A DNA stretch of 61,435 nucleotides, counting the filler, from Squatina squatina (Eukaryota), in NCBI GenBank assembly GCA_031763465.1. It is 4 parts of 4 records of this genome, joined end to end, with 100 filler letters (N's around TTAATTAATTAA, not from the genome) between each part and the next. Parts side by side here need not be neighbours in the genome. Positions count along the whole stretch, not along the records: positions 31,803 to 46,291 come from JARFOE010000222.1; positions 46,392 to 61,435 come from JARFOE010000231.1; 2 more parts are not named here. One strand, 5' to 3'. Shown piece after piece: positions 34,966 to 48,671 of this stretch; within the stretch, counting starts at the first letter, position 1, and each line of letters begins with the position of its first letter. The position numbers and the translations under genes were made by a program. The notes beneath the pieces were generated by a model. That model made no database searches. It was not told where the DNA came from and saw only the letters and a program-made list of their open reading frames with translations.

Positions 34966-37900
34966 TTCTAGTTCCTTTTTTGATTGCTGCTCATTGTATA
35001 ATTCTATGAATGCCAGCGACCGTTTTCTTTTCCGCGAATGTTCGACAAGACTGAGTGTGTGGGAGCCCTTCCACGTGGTTTCGCTCTCCGAATGGTTTTC
35101 TATTTGTCAGCTCTGAACTCTGGTGCTGCCTTCAAGCAGGGCTTCTGCTTGTTCACTGAGAGTTTTATTAACGGCAGGCTGGTACATTATTCTGTGTTGG
35201 CTGTTAAAGCTCACTTATGTTAATGTGATTCCTGCAATAAAAAAGCCAGTTGTTGACTTTATTTCCATATCAACTGGAATAAAGCAGACCCCTGTGGAGC
35301 AAATATTGAATTACAGGATTCTAAAGTAGATGAATTACATTATCCTCATACTTTCATGAGGTGGTTTTATTACATTTAATTATGTTATAATTGTGACACT
35401 TTCTCCTCCATGCTGCATCATGAATCATATTTTTCTTAAGCCAAATCCCTTTATATGAAAATCTGAGGTGAGCCAATTATTCGCAAAGTCAGACACAGTC
35501 AGATCACTAAATCATCTGGACTTAGTCACTGCTAACAAAGTCTGCCCTGTTATACATTGGCCTGGCTTACAATCAATTTTTTTTGTTCGTACTGGCCAAT
35601 TGCACATGACAGAATTCTACTGTAATTTGTGTCTACCAAACACTTTTTATAGTGCTGTCAGTGCCCGTATTTGAATTCTGTAGTAATGTCACATAGATAA
35701 CTATTGATGTCTCTGGGTTCATATCATTAAATGGCCACTGGTCATAAGATATATATATATTGTCACCTGCAGCAATGCCAAAGGTGTATCAGTTGGAGCT
35801 GAAAACCTGTTATGCTTTCAATAGCTAAATGGATAGGATGTTTCTTGATATGGGGAAAGGGTTTAATTGCCATTTTATTGCTTTGCGTAACTGAATTGTC
35901 CTATATTATTAAAATGCTAAAANNNNNNNNNNNNNNNNNNNNNNNNNNNNNNNNNNNNNNNNNNNNNNNNNNNNNNNNNNNNNNNNNNNNNNNNNNNNNN
36001 NNNNNNNNNNNNNNNNNNNNNNCAAACCAAAAATGCCTTGAGAGTACAAATCCCTGGCCCAGATGAGATCCTTCAGTCCTCGAGAGCCTGAACAAATTGT
36101 TAAAAGAGGTCTGAGGAAATAAAATGAAATATTATATGACAAAGTCCGACATATCAAAACCCCTTATTTGAAGGGACAGAAAAGCAATTAGGATGAAGAA
36201 ACTGAAGATCTCTGTACAAGGACAGTCATCTGCTTCTGTGCTTTACTTGAATACAATCTGGTCCATTCTCACATACATACAGACACACACTCCTTCTCAA
36301 CCAACAGGCTCTGAACCACTTTTACAGAGGCTCAATAAAAATAGATGATCCCTAATTGAACAGACTGTAGCATTTTCTGCCACATTTTGTCATGATCAGT
36401 CACATTCTCACACTGCTGTTTTCCTCCTAAGCACCGTTTCCAAGGTCACCACTGCCTACCACAGTCCTTCCATACAAATAAATTCAATAAAAAAAGCAGC
36501 CTCAACGCCAGTAGAGTTGGTAATTTATGAATTATCTATGAACTCAGTAACTATGATAGATTCCATTTTCTACTCCTCTCAAGCATTGAAAATCAATCAT
36601 GAAAAATGCTTGTCTAAACTTTAATCTGTCCTGTATATGTGCTGTGCATTTGAAGATAAATAAATATACATTCCACTGTACACAGGTTTATACACCAGTA
36701 CCATGCTTCTACAAATTGCACAATTTCATTGATTCATTGAACATTTCAACCTGGGCATCAGAAAATAACAAACGGGAGCAGCAGACTCAAAAAAATTGTA
36801 TATTTTTTTTAAAAATCCTCCGTGTATAAGTAAAGGATAGGGGTAAATAAAACGGATAATTCTTTTTCAGTGAATTCCAGCCCTCATTTCCCAAGAGGGA
36901 TTNNNNNNNNNNNNNNNNNNNNNNNNNNNNNNNNNNNNNNNNNNNNNNNNNNNNNNNNNNNNNNNNNNNNNNNNNNNNNNNNNNNNNNNNNNNNNNNNNN
37001 NNCAGATCTCATACACGTTTAGCTGCATGTATGTCTTCCTTGCTCTTATCTGGATGAACAGAAAAGAGATAGCAGCAATCGGCAGCTCTACTTGTTAAGA
37101 AAGGATGGCAGGAATAGAATACCGCACAGTTCTTCAAGTTAGATTCAAGCTTAGTCACAATTTTTTGAGATTTAGGAGAAATTTTGCCTCTTGGTTTCAG
37201 GGTGGTTTAGGATGCATTCTGCAAATCAGTTTTTCTATTTTAAAAATTATTTGACGGAAAAGAATAAGGACGGTTCCATTTTAAAGATATTTCAAATGAA
37301 CAATGCCATATTTTATTAATGTGATAGGTTAAACTAACCTAGTGGAATTGATTACTCTAGTCCTCTACAGGACTATTCTGTGCAAAAACAAGAAAAGAGG
37401 TCTGCTTGGTGGCAAGAGAATGTCTGCAAAACTCAATTTTATTTTGTGTGATCTCACACAATACAGCAACATCATCTTTTTATTTGTAATTCACTCAAAT
37501 GAGAAAGCTCATTTAGGGATACAGCAAAGTGCAGGATAGGTACAGGCCATGCAGTCCATCTGGCTGCACTGAAAGTTTAAAAAGTATCATGCCATGCACT
37601 GTTCTATCTTTCATATCCCTCAATTGCTTTCCTCAGTTCCTGCTGTGTACCTTTGGGTCTCGGATTTGAATTCAACACAAGGACAAAATCATTCAGCTGA
37701 ATGTATTGATTTGTTGAAAGTATTTTACAAGAAGACACAGCCAAGATGCCAAGTTTTATTTGCAGTGTGGTCTTAGTGGCAGCATAGGTCAACACCAACA
37801 GCAGCATATCAAAAGCACACGCATACATTTATCACTGCTGTGACTCGGCTGCAGTTACACAGAACTACAATCAGGAAAGATTATTATAGTAAAACAGATA

Positions 37901-40900
37901 TTCCATGTAACGACTTTCTTTTGACAAACAAACGCAAACTGCTAATTGTGTTTTTTTTTCAGAATATCTCTAGTGGGAACATCATCAATATATACTGTTC
38001 CAGGTCTTGCAGATAAATAAACCGGTCACCTAAACAATACAACTGAATAAATATTACAATTGTTGCTAATCAAAATAAACCACCAATACATTTAGGAAAT
38101 GTGTAATTTAGCAGTAAACATACTGCTATGAAGCTATATAACAATTCACACTGTTTTAGGTCGAGGTAAGCCTCTACTGACTGTAATATTTTATCGTCAT
38201 TATTTACAGGATATTTCAGCTAAGCTGTTGCCGAAAACTCATCAAATTTCTGTCACACAAAGCCAACTGTTCTGTCAATGTTTCCAGATGATTTTTCTCA
38301 CGCGAACTAACCCAATTTAACAAAATGCTGTCAATGAATAGTAACCTATTGGCACCAAATCAGGAGCNNNNNNNNNNNNNNNNNNNNNNNNNNNNNNNNN
38401 NNNNNNNNNNNNNNNNNNNNNNNNNNNNNNNNNNNNNNNNNNNNNNNNNNNNNNNNNNNNNNNNNNNCTAATTTTCATATCTGCAGCAATGTGTCAGAGA
38501 TGTTTACTGTGAGCATCTGTAAAAATGACACTAATTTTGATGTTTCCACAAAGTGGAATCACAATTAATCACAATGCGCAAATGACAGAAAAGAGTCGTC
38601 ACAGTGCAAATTTTAGAAAAAAAACTGGGTCTGTGGCCTATGCTCAGTTGTTTGGCCTCTGGAAGAGTAACATATCAATGAACAGAACAGGAAAAGAGTG
38701 ATGGGATATTGTGCACCAATGTTAATAATCAGGAGTTTCAATGATAGTATGAATATATTGATTTTTGAATGTTTGGCATTGGTCGTGTTAGTATACTCAA
38801 TACTGCAAGCAAAATATTCCATTAATCTATTTAAATGTTTATTTTAGCATTGACCATGCCCTTGCAAATTGAATTTTGTTTTAACATTGACCTAGTTGGG
38901 TTTGTATTTAAATTATGTATATTTTAAAGATATTTATGCAACTGTCCAAACTTTATTTAGGAGCTTCAGCTAATTAGTTTTGTCTAGAATCTCATCTTGA
39001 TTTATCTTTTCCAATTAAGGTCACAGACTAAGTTACTCAGTAATGAATTACTTTTGGACTGGTGCCAAATAGCATTTACACTTCAAATATCAGGGAAAGT
39101 GATTATAGATTGGAGCAAACCTATCATATTAAGTAAATAATTCATGAAAATAGACATGAATGTCTGTGGGGTTATTGAATAGGCTCTGCATTACTTATTA
39201 CAGAGCATATCCTTAGAGAGGCATGTATACAGTTCTGTACGTTGCAGGGGAAAATTTAAGAGGGTTAGAAAAGAAAATGTTGATAATTACATTACTTGGA
39301 TAATTTAGTGTATACTTTTCAAATCCTTGTCTATAGGAATTTACCTCACATGCCATCAGCAGATGTTGGAAAATTGTATGCCTGCTCCCTTTGATTTTCT
39401 ACCCANNNNNNNNNNGCACTTGCATGGTATCTCACTGTGGATGAGGACCTGGAAAATCTACAGCCTAGAATTCAATAGCACCGCACCCATTTTTCGGGCA
39501 CTAAACAGGCGCCTAAGCCTCCAATATGGCAGGCAGGAAACACATGCTCATTATCGGGCCAGAAATTCACAGCCCGCCATAATGCAGACAAAAAAAGATT
39601 GGCATCCAGGGCCTGAACCTGAAATGGCTTTAGGCACTTTGCTGGTGACGCAGCGTCCCAAACTTCAAGGCCTCTTCTCTGGCGAGCTGACTGAAGATGT
39701 CCAGGAAGTGTCTCCAGCTCGCCGGTTTGATGGTACTGAGGCCTGAGCCAAATATTAGATATGCCTTGGGCCTATCCATTCAGGCGCAGGGATCATTCCT
39801 TGATTCTTGAAGTCCACTGTGTGCACTTTTTATTGCTCCTTGTGTCCCACTGGTCTCTTGCTGTCCAAATTACCATATGACTGCTGAAATGTTTAAGTTG
39901 CCTAAATGTAAACCTAAATTAAAAATGATCCTGTTAATTACAGAGTAGGGTAGTAAATAGAGCACGCTTCTAAAGGAGGGATGTATTGCTTTAGACAGGA
40001 ATATAAACTTAAGGGAAGGCCTGCAATCTATAAAAGCCTGCAAGCCATAAATCCAGTTCAGGCTATCATAAATTACAAAAAAAATGTAATCTATGCAATG
40101 CAAATAATATTACAGTTCATGAAAATGAGAAAGATACTGATTAAAGGAAACTATTCCTGAGCACGNNNNNNNNNNNNNNNNNNNNNNNNNNNNNNNNNNN
40201 NNNNNNNNNNNNNNNNNNNNNNNNNNNNNNNNNNNNNNNNNNNNNNNNNNNNNNNNNNNNNNNNNGATCCTTAAGTGCTTTGTCACATTAAGAAGAGCAT
40301 GTTTGACAGCCTGAAATGTTAAAATCATATAATATATTCACTACATACTATGTAACATATTGAAAATGAGAACTTGGACAGAGTGGTTAAACAATAGCAA
40401 GAAGCTTCTTATTAACCTAAATAGCTTCTTCAACCCAAGTATTGCTAATGAAAGTAAATAAAAAGAGATTAATGGTTGATATAAGGTGCTTGTAATGTGC
40501 ATTGTTTTGGAATTTTAAATCAGTTTCATGTGACCAGGCACAGGATGAACAAGATGAAAGTAGACACTCTGAAAATGCATACAGGGACCCATTAATTTGG
40601 CCAATAGCTCGACTGTCATGATGGATAGCTACAGTGCACAGTGGAGAGTCATTTTAAATAATATTATTCCCGCACCAGCTGACTTGTCTTGTGTGATTCA
40701 GATAGCAAAGACACTAAGTAAGAATGAAGATCACACTGTACACATCACAGTAAAAGATTTAACTCCCTTGATAAATAAAATTATTTGGAGAGCACTGTAT
40801 TTCTCTGTGGGCAGTGNNNNNNNNNNNNNNNNNNNNNNNNNNNNNNNNNNNNNNNNNNNNNNNNNNNNNNNNNNNNNNNNNNNNNNNNNNNNNNNNNNNN

Positions 40901-42939
40901 NNNNNNNNNNNNNNNNGACCTTTTGAATAAGTGTGGGGTCAACCTTCAAAATGCGTGAGTGACAAACTATGTGCGTAGTGTTAATAAAAATTATGAGCAA
41001 AATGATGACCAGTCTCCTGTGTGATGCGTGCTGTCCAGCACAGTTTCTTCACAGCCCTCAGAAAATTGATGCTGCCACTGGAGCAGGAGAAAGGCACTGA
41101 GGCAAGATTCAGAACAGAAACAAGGGTGAGAAAAAAAGATCATCTTAAATGAGCAGAATCCAAATGCTGCGAAGAGTGAATCAACATCAAAGAACCCTCA
41201 TGAAGATTTTTTTTCTTTCTCTGCCTTATCAGAATATTGCACCTGTCAGCCAGTTATGGTGATCTTTTTTTTATTCCTGACATTGTGTTTGAAATATATA
41301 CGACAGTTTGAAATGAAATGTATGGCATTGGGCGACTCTTCCTCCACAACTGTTGGTAATAGGTTTTTTAAGTGATTTCTTACTTCATTATTACATCTTA
41401 GGGAATTTATGCCGAACCTGTGTATCAATAATCACCGCATTCAAAAAAGAAGCAACTCAGCACCTCTGCCCAGTTTGAAGTACATCGTAAGGAAACAAAG
41501 GTGAAATCATCAATTTGATACAAACAGCGAAGCAATTATTTTAGCACTAACCTTAGTTTGGTGTAACTGCTGCAAATCCACATTTTATGTGGTTAATTTA
41601 TCAGAGCATAGCGAAATAGTATACAATTAAACCAATTACTGAGGGACTGCCTGACTAAAATAGGTAAACCAACAATATTTTATATATTGTACAACTACAT
41701 TATCAAGCACATTTAATACTTTANNNNNNNNNNNNNNNNNNNNNNNNNNNNNNNNNNNNNNNNNNNNNNNNNNNNNNNNNNNNNNNNNNNNNNNNNNNNN
41801 NNNNNNNNNNNNNNNNNNNNNNNCTAAACGACCAATTGGGCGCCCTATAGGCCTAGTCTACTCAATCTCTCCTCATAGGGCTATCCCACAATCCCAGGAA
41901 TCCCATCACTGTGAAAATGTATTTCAATGATAAAATGTTTGCGTCTTAGTAACAAGTGTGTTATGATTGAAACTATTTTTGCTCTGACTCACAAAGTTAG
42001 ATTTGTAACATGTAAAAATAGCCCACTGTGTTTACAGAGCTGTGGAGGGATGCGGCAAGCTGCAGGATGCTAAAAATTGCTGGTAAGAAGCAGCATCTTG
42101 CTTTCTACTGGATGAACTCAATGCCACTATTTTTCAATAAATCACTTTTTCTGCTGCTGAAAAATTGAAGCTGTACAAACAAAATGATGGAACTTGTGCT
42201 TTTCTTCTCAAGGCAATACACTGATTTTTTTCTCTCCCATAAATTCGATCCTCACCACAGTAAATGTGAAATGTACTTGCCAACAGTGCTTGTATAAAAA
42301 GCCAATACATTAAAAATGGTGCTCCTATGGGACAAATCTTGCCTTGCCCTGTCATGACTAATAAGTGCTGTTGTCTGTGTATGATTCTCCATACAGCAAG
42401 TAGCTCAGATTAAATTAAACAGANNNNNNNNNNNNNNNNNNNNNNNNNNNNNNNNNNNNNNNNNNNNNNNNNNNNNNNNNNNNNNNNNNNNNNNNNNNNN
42501 NNNNNNNNNNNNNNNNNNNNNNNTCCTCCTGATCCCACATCAATCTCTGAAAGAACTTTTACTTACATTCTATCCATGCAACCTGCAATGGTTGCTTAAC
42601 TGATAGCTAATAAGGCTGCTCAACACCTGCTAGCATGGGGCATGCTCCACCCATTGGTAGCTCAACATTGCATCGGGGACCTTGATTTATATATTAAAAG
42701 TAGCCTCTTGCCTAAAGTTGCCAGATGCCTGGTCTGCCCTGTGAAAGACCCTGAAGAAAATGGGGATGGCAGATTGCAAGGTGAACATTGATAAAATGTA
42801 AAAATTATAGAATAATAACAGGTCCATCAAACCTAAGATGAAGATAATTGACAGTCATATCACAGAACTTAATACTTACTAGACTGAAATGGAGGAAATT
42901 GACTCTCTCTTAACTAGGCCATCCAATGTGGAAATGAAA

Positions 42940-43170
42940 CAGGGTGACCTGACAATCATTCGTGAAGAAATAACTTGAGAATCATTGATGTGCCTGAAGG
43001 GTTAAAGGGAACAGATATATTTGCACAAAAAATGCTTCTTGCTATACTAACTGAGTTACTGCAGAAAGAAATTGAGCAGGTCACATTCCCTCTTCCAAGC
43101 CTGTGACAAATGAGTATCCACAAATTGTAGTACGCTGGGTACTAAGATTTATAGACGCTGTTTGCCTTCT
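42940..43170 (+). mobile_element. Decayed L1-clade ORF1p relic
   Basis: NHS*RNNLRIIDVPEG..QKEIEQ..PQIVVR resembles L1 ORF1 DLENRSRRNNLRIxGxPEG; stop at 42963 is a likely CGA to TGA change. Confidence 0.65.
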
Positions 43171-45904
43171 GGCAGTCTTCAGGATAAAAGTAATACTCTG
43201 ATATTACATTAACCACCCAACTGTATACCCTCATCTTCAAACTGACAGAAGCACTGGACAGAATTTGACTGGTGAAAGAATTCTCTGTAATAGAACACTT
43301 CTGTATCCTGCCCAGAGTTTTCATATTCTAAAGGATGACAACAGGAAGCAAATCCAACCCTTTATGATGACATAAACAGAAATGTCCTTATGCTGAGAAC
43401 TCCCTGAATTGTTTAGAAGAAGATTTAGCGGTAGGAGCAACAGATGTAGAAATAGTTTGACATACATTGGTCAAGTATGCGGAAGCATAATGAAGGAAAA
43501 CGTCTGTGCGGTTTTCCCAATCTTTCACTGTCCCTTCGACAGGTTAGCAGAAACCCTGGAGAATGGCGTACGTGATTGTTCTTGGTCATTTACACTGGAG
43601 GTTGCGCTGATCTTCTGCCAGATCTTCCCTGTAGAAATTCTAGATGAATGTTTTTATGGAGAGCTGGCTTGTTTTTTTTCTGAGTGAGGTGGTGGGGGAA
43701 GGTCCTTTATGGAAAGCTTTAATTGTGAATTCTGATTGCTAAACTTTCATCAAAGTCAACAGCTCTCCTCAGGAATGNNNNNNNNNNNNNNNNNNNNNNN
43801 NNNNNNNNNNNNNNNNNNNNNNNNNNNNNNNNNNNNNNNNNNNNNNNNNNNNNNNNNNNNNNNNNNNNNNNNNNNNNGCTTGCTGCTTCTGAATGGGGCC
43901 CAGTCATAGGGAGTGCTTGGGCTTTTACAATATTCTTTATCTCTCTTACTTATTCTACCACCCAGCTTCCTCATCTCTTAACTACCGTTGGGGTGTAGCA
44001 TAACAATTTAGAGTCTTAACTGATTTAAATGATAAGGTCATCGTACACAGAGATGTGTATCAAAATGTAATAAGAAAATGCAGGTTAATCTGCTCCTGAA
44101 CCTGACGACTGTGCAGATGAAGCTAATAATACGTTGGTGGTGTATGCTTCAATAACGCTCTGAACACGGGGCTTTCCTACACCTACCTGTCCTGAAAATC
44201 CGAAAACAGTTTTTTTTTTCAAAACAGAGAAAATTAATTTATCTGATATATTAATAGTGGTGGAAGTAATTAAAATAAAAGGGTACTGCATATTCTGAAC
44301 GTGATTAATGGTAAGGGAAGGCAATTGTATGTACTCCCACTTTGGACAGTGTAAATAGATTAGATGCTGTTTAAGAAAGTAACTGCTCTCAAACTGATGG
44401 GATGGAAGTTCCTCCTCTCTGCAGACTGTAAAGGTCCTAGATTAAATCAATTTGGTCAGTCTCAAACCAGTTCACAGAGTAAGTAGGTTTATAGTCCCAA
44501 CCTACCCATTATTTAGTGCAAATTAGGCAATGTCACTTGGAGATACTGTTGTGATTCATGATATTATAAAATGGAAATGCCCTAGTGCAGTAAAGAATCT
44601 TTTTTGTAACCAGAGTTAACTGAGGGACCATGAGCTAAATCTAACCCATGCTACATCTGTTATAAGAGTCATTTTCCTTTTCCATTTCTCAAAACTGTTA
44701 TTCTAATGTTTATAATAAAAGTAAAAGAAATTCAGCATTTCTAAGATTAATAACTACTTCATATTGTAACGTAAAATATCAGTTACAAGTCTTAGAACTA
44801 ATTCAACACTTTTTTCTTTACAACGTATTACCCACTGTGTTGATAATTCTTTCAGTGGGCACTTCTGAATATTCAACAGCACTTGGTACACTACCAGTAC
44901 ATTCAAATTATCTTTCTTTAATAGCTTTGAACATTGTTTGTATCTGTTTTCTGATTGAGAAAGATTTTATATTTTTGGTAAAAGTGCTATTGAGTACTTA
45001 GTCTATGTCTGCTGAGCAATGTATTCACGGAATGCCACTGGTATGACAATTTATCGATGGCACAAAATGTATCACTGAAAACTGTAAAAGTGTCATATAT
45101 CTACCAGGAGGCATTTGATTCAAAACTAATTGTAGTTGGTACTATTGAACAGGTCAACGTCACTAAATCTGACACAATACAATTGAAATTAAAGCTACAT
45201 ATCCATTTTATAACGATCAGTTTCAGCTAGATTTTTCAGTGCTCAAAACCAACCAATCAGTTGTTTATATTTTGACCGCAATTTCAATTCAACAGCAATG
45301 AAGAGATTGCTGTAATGATATTTAAGTAATTTTGACAAAAATGGTGATGATAAAATAATGGAATTCAGATATGACAATGCACATTTATCTTGTTGAAGAC
45401 TTTCAAAAAACCTATCAAATGATCTGTGAACTAATTACAGCAAGCTAACAACAAAAGCTATATATACTCACAGACAAAGTTCAGCTCAGATATTGACTTG
45501 AAATGAAATATATTTTGCTTGACAAAATCCAATAAGGTTATAGATGTGGTGGGAAAACTGTGCTCAGAAAATGTCACCATGTGCATTGGGATTGATGACA
45601 TCCACTATATACCAGAATTGAAGTTACATCAAATAATTTGGTGAATTTATGTTGAAATCAAGTGGTTTATGGAGTTTCACATAGTTTGGCCATATCTAAC
45701 TGATTATATGAAGGTCAGCAGAGCATATTGGTCACATGGTTCCTGTATGGAAAGTGGCACAAATGAGGAAGCTTAGCAGTAAAAAACACAGATCCTGCAA
45801 TGTCAACATTGATTTCTTTTATATATACAAATCATTGTGACACCTAAGTATCTTATGGTACCTACACAGAGATTAAACAATTAATTAAATACCATGATGT
45901 CTGG

Positions 45905-46275
45905 TTCCACCAATTGGTCAGCTGGTTAACCCAGTGAGTGACTGAGATACATAAACACGAAAGGTCAAAGGTTCAATCGCTGGACTATACTTAGTAAGTT
46001 GATCTCAGCCAGGACAATATTAGGGATGCTGCAATTACCCTCAGTGCCCTTGGGTTAGGGAGGGAAAAGTGAGTAAAGGTTCCTACCTCTAACTGCTATT
46101 GTGTGTGAGTGTGTGTATAGGCATGCGTATCCGTTGAAGACAGAGTATGGCTCGACTATGATACCTCAACACTTGAATAGCTGCCAGCACTCACTGTGAT
46201 TATACATAAAGACACCAAAGGTGACTGACAAGCATAGAATTGCACCCCAGATGGAGAAGGAAGAAAATTAGCAGC
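45905..46275 (+). mobile_element. Ancient tRNA-derived SINE, AmnSINE2-like
   Basis: B-box ggttcaatcgct then gatctcagcc..ctcagtgcccttgggttagggagggaaaa..gaatagctgccagcactcactgt; family from recall. Confidence 0.5.
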
Positions 46276-46291
46276 AGTAAGAAAAGCATTA

Positions 46292-46391
46292 NNNNNNNNN
46301 NNNNNNNNNNNNNNNNNNNNNNNNNNNNNNNNNNNTTAATTAATTAANNNNNNNNNNNNNNNNNNNNNNNNNNNNNNNNNNNNNNNNNNNN
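46292..46391. other. Synthetic scaffold linker N44-TTAATTAATTAA-N44
   Basis: Same structure as 17221-17320. Confidence 0.95.
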
Positions 46392-46899
46392 TCTGGGGTC
46401 TTGTCATTTCATTCCTATTTCTTATCATGGTCATGGTCATTCCAAGCCTTCCCAGTGAGGAGTGTGCCAACTGCAGCAGCAAAAAGATAGGGAATATCTA
46501 GTTCAGCCAGACTCGTGAGAACCTCAGCATTGCCAATCATAATAAAACTCTACAACAGGCCTAGGTTAAGTGATGATTGGCCACTTCTGTAAACCTTCAT
46601 GGTTGTGATCTGAAAACAGCATTATGGGCAATGTTAGCTTCTTTCATTATTTACTTTAGGGTAGAATAGTTTATAACTGCATAAGTAATGATTCTACCAT
46701 TTTCTGATTCTTTTCTCAGCTCTGTATAAATTGAAAGGTCCGTTGTTCTTAGTGCAATAATCTGAGCCAACAGCTTGCGTGCTGTCACTAAACCACATGC
46801 ACTACCCTGAATGAATTGGCCCAAATCAGAAGTATTTATATTCAAATTTAAACTCGCAGCACGTTTCCATTTTTCTCTGGTTCCCTCCCGTTCACTGAT

Positions 46900-47122
46900 T
46901 TATGTTCGGATAAAATTCCACTGGTGCTGGCAGCTCTCTGGTACCAAAACTAAGTAGTAATTCTTCACGTATGAGCCCAGACAGTCTAAGTTGACCTCTT
47001 GATAGCTGAACCCAACCTTTACCCAATGTCCACACCTAAGCACTTGAACACCGTCCAGCACAATGTCCCTGGCTGCATCTCCTGCATCTCCTGCCCAATG
47101 CTCTACACTGATTCCCCCTGCT
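46900..47122 (-). CDS. Candidate terminal coding exon of an unidentified gene
   Basis: Acceptor tttcttcattag, then open frame AGGISVEHWAGDAGDAARDIVLDGVQVLRCGHWVKVGFSYQEVNLDCLGSYVKNYYLVLVPESCQHQWNFIRT-stop. Confidence 0.45.
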
Positions 47123-47704
47123 CTAATGAAGAAATAATTCTGACTAACATCATACAACAGTGAGTAAAGACAGACAAGTGGCAAACTCAAGCTGAGAGCC
47201 TGATCTTTCAGAGCTTAGACCTTAAAATGATTCTATTTATTGCAGAGGTCGGCTAATTACGTTTCAAAAATTCTGAAGAAAACAGGAGACTAGCATGAAT
47301 GATAATGACAGTGTGTTATGTAATACAATACCACATGATGAACACTTTATTACTTTTGCTGTTATATAAATCTTTAATGTTGATGGTGTATCGCCTGACT
47401 GATTGTTCAGACGATCAGTAACTTGAGCCATGATGTTATGAGATGCTTGGCAAAATGTTTCAAGTTCATTGCTGGAGTGATGATGATACCTGATGAGTGA
47501 ATATTTCTAGCTAATTAAATAGAAATTAAACATTTCTAATCCTTTCCAAAAAAAAAACAACACCCGTTGTATTCATTGTTCACTGAATGCTGTCAGCAGT
47601 TTGCTTCTTGTCAGTGAATGCTGGTCTCCCCACATTATCTCCACCTTATCTGTGGAATCAATTAACTTTAAAGATCAAAAAATATCCCAAGGACTCTGAG
47701 GCAA

Positions 47705-47990
47705 AAGCAGATGCTGACCCAATGAAGGGGAAATTAGGAGGGTTGACCAATTGTACGATCAAAGAGGTGGGCTTTAAGGTGGAGGGTGGTTAAAGGAGGG
47801 GAGGGAGGTGAAGAGACTGAGAGGTTTGGGAGGGANNNNNNNNNNNNNNNNNNNNNNNNNNNNNNNNNNNNNNNNNNNNNNNNNNNNNNNNNNNNNNNNN
47901 NNNNNNNNNNNNNNNNNNNNNNNNNNNNNNNNNNNGCAGAGACAGGCGATGTTACAGAGGTGGAAATAGATGGACTCAGTTATGCTGTGG
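47705..47990 (-). mobile_element. L2-clade LINE fragments on both sides of a gap
   Basis: ITESIYFHLCNIACL resembles L2 AYFHLRNIARL; purine-rich L2 3' region at 47760-47835. Confidence 0.6.
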
Positions 47991-48539
47991 TTAGTTTGGG
48001 AGTACTTACCAAATAGCAACAGGAGTTCTCACTCTCCACTACTCCTGCCCGTAGCTCAATCTTCCCACACAATGGCCCCGATTTTAATTCTTAGCCACCC
48101 ATCCCGAACCCTGAGTGGAAATCGTGGATGCTGGGATCCGGGTGGCTCCAGGGCGGGTAGGTAAGCCGGGACATGTTAATGCCTACCTGCTCAGTTTCTG
48201 CCAGGTGTGTAAGGTTAAGATCGCTCCCAGTGCCATCACCTCAACCCTGATCCTTGAAATGAGAAGCTCAGATCAATTTATGAAGCTAAGCTGCTGCTGC
48301 ATGCTTTAGGCCGTAGGAAAGTTCTAGAAAAATCCCTTGGTACTCCAGAATTTTTTTTTTCTGTCATGTGTTGCTGGCAGCAACCAGCAACATCAACTTC
48401 ACGAGCAGCTGTCCTCATGATACTGCCTCCAGCTTCAGTCTGTCATTATATCTAATATACAAAGCTTTTAATCCAACACAAAGAGGCACTAATCAAGCAC
48501 ACTTGTATTTTTCATGCTTTTTAAGATATGCCTTCTTAC

Positions 48540-48671
48540 CCGCGGAGTTTCGTTTCAGGTCCCGGCAAAAAGCTGACAAACCAAGATAACATTGGAAGAC
48601 TAACAAGCAGTCCCCTGTCTCTAGACCACAACCTGAAGTTAAGGAAATGCTCAACTAAATCGGCTGCTGGG
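48540..48671 (-). CDS. Candidate internal exon of an unidentified gene (132 nt, phase 2-2)
   Basis: Acceptor ttttttctcctgcgtag, donor GG/gtaaga; one open frame PAADLVEHFLNFRLWSRDRGLLVSLPMLSWFVSFLPGPETKLR. Confidence 0.4.

Noticed and set aside
38160-38165. 6-nt microexon ag/GTCGAG/gtaagc
   Set aside because: Short pyrimidine tract and no host gene identified; such patterns arise by chance.
41055-41125. 71-nt exon candidate LRKLMLPLEQEKGTEARFRTETR
   Set aside because: Splice-like ends but unrecognised peptide and no supporting neighbours.
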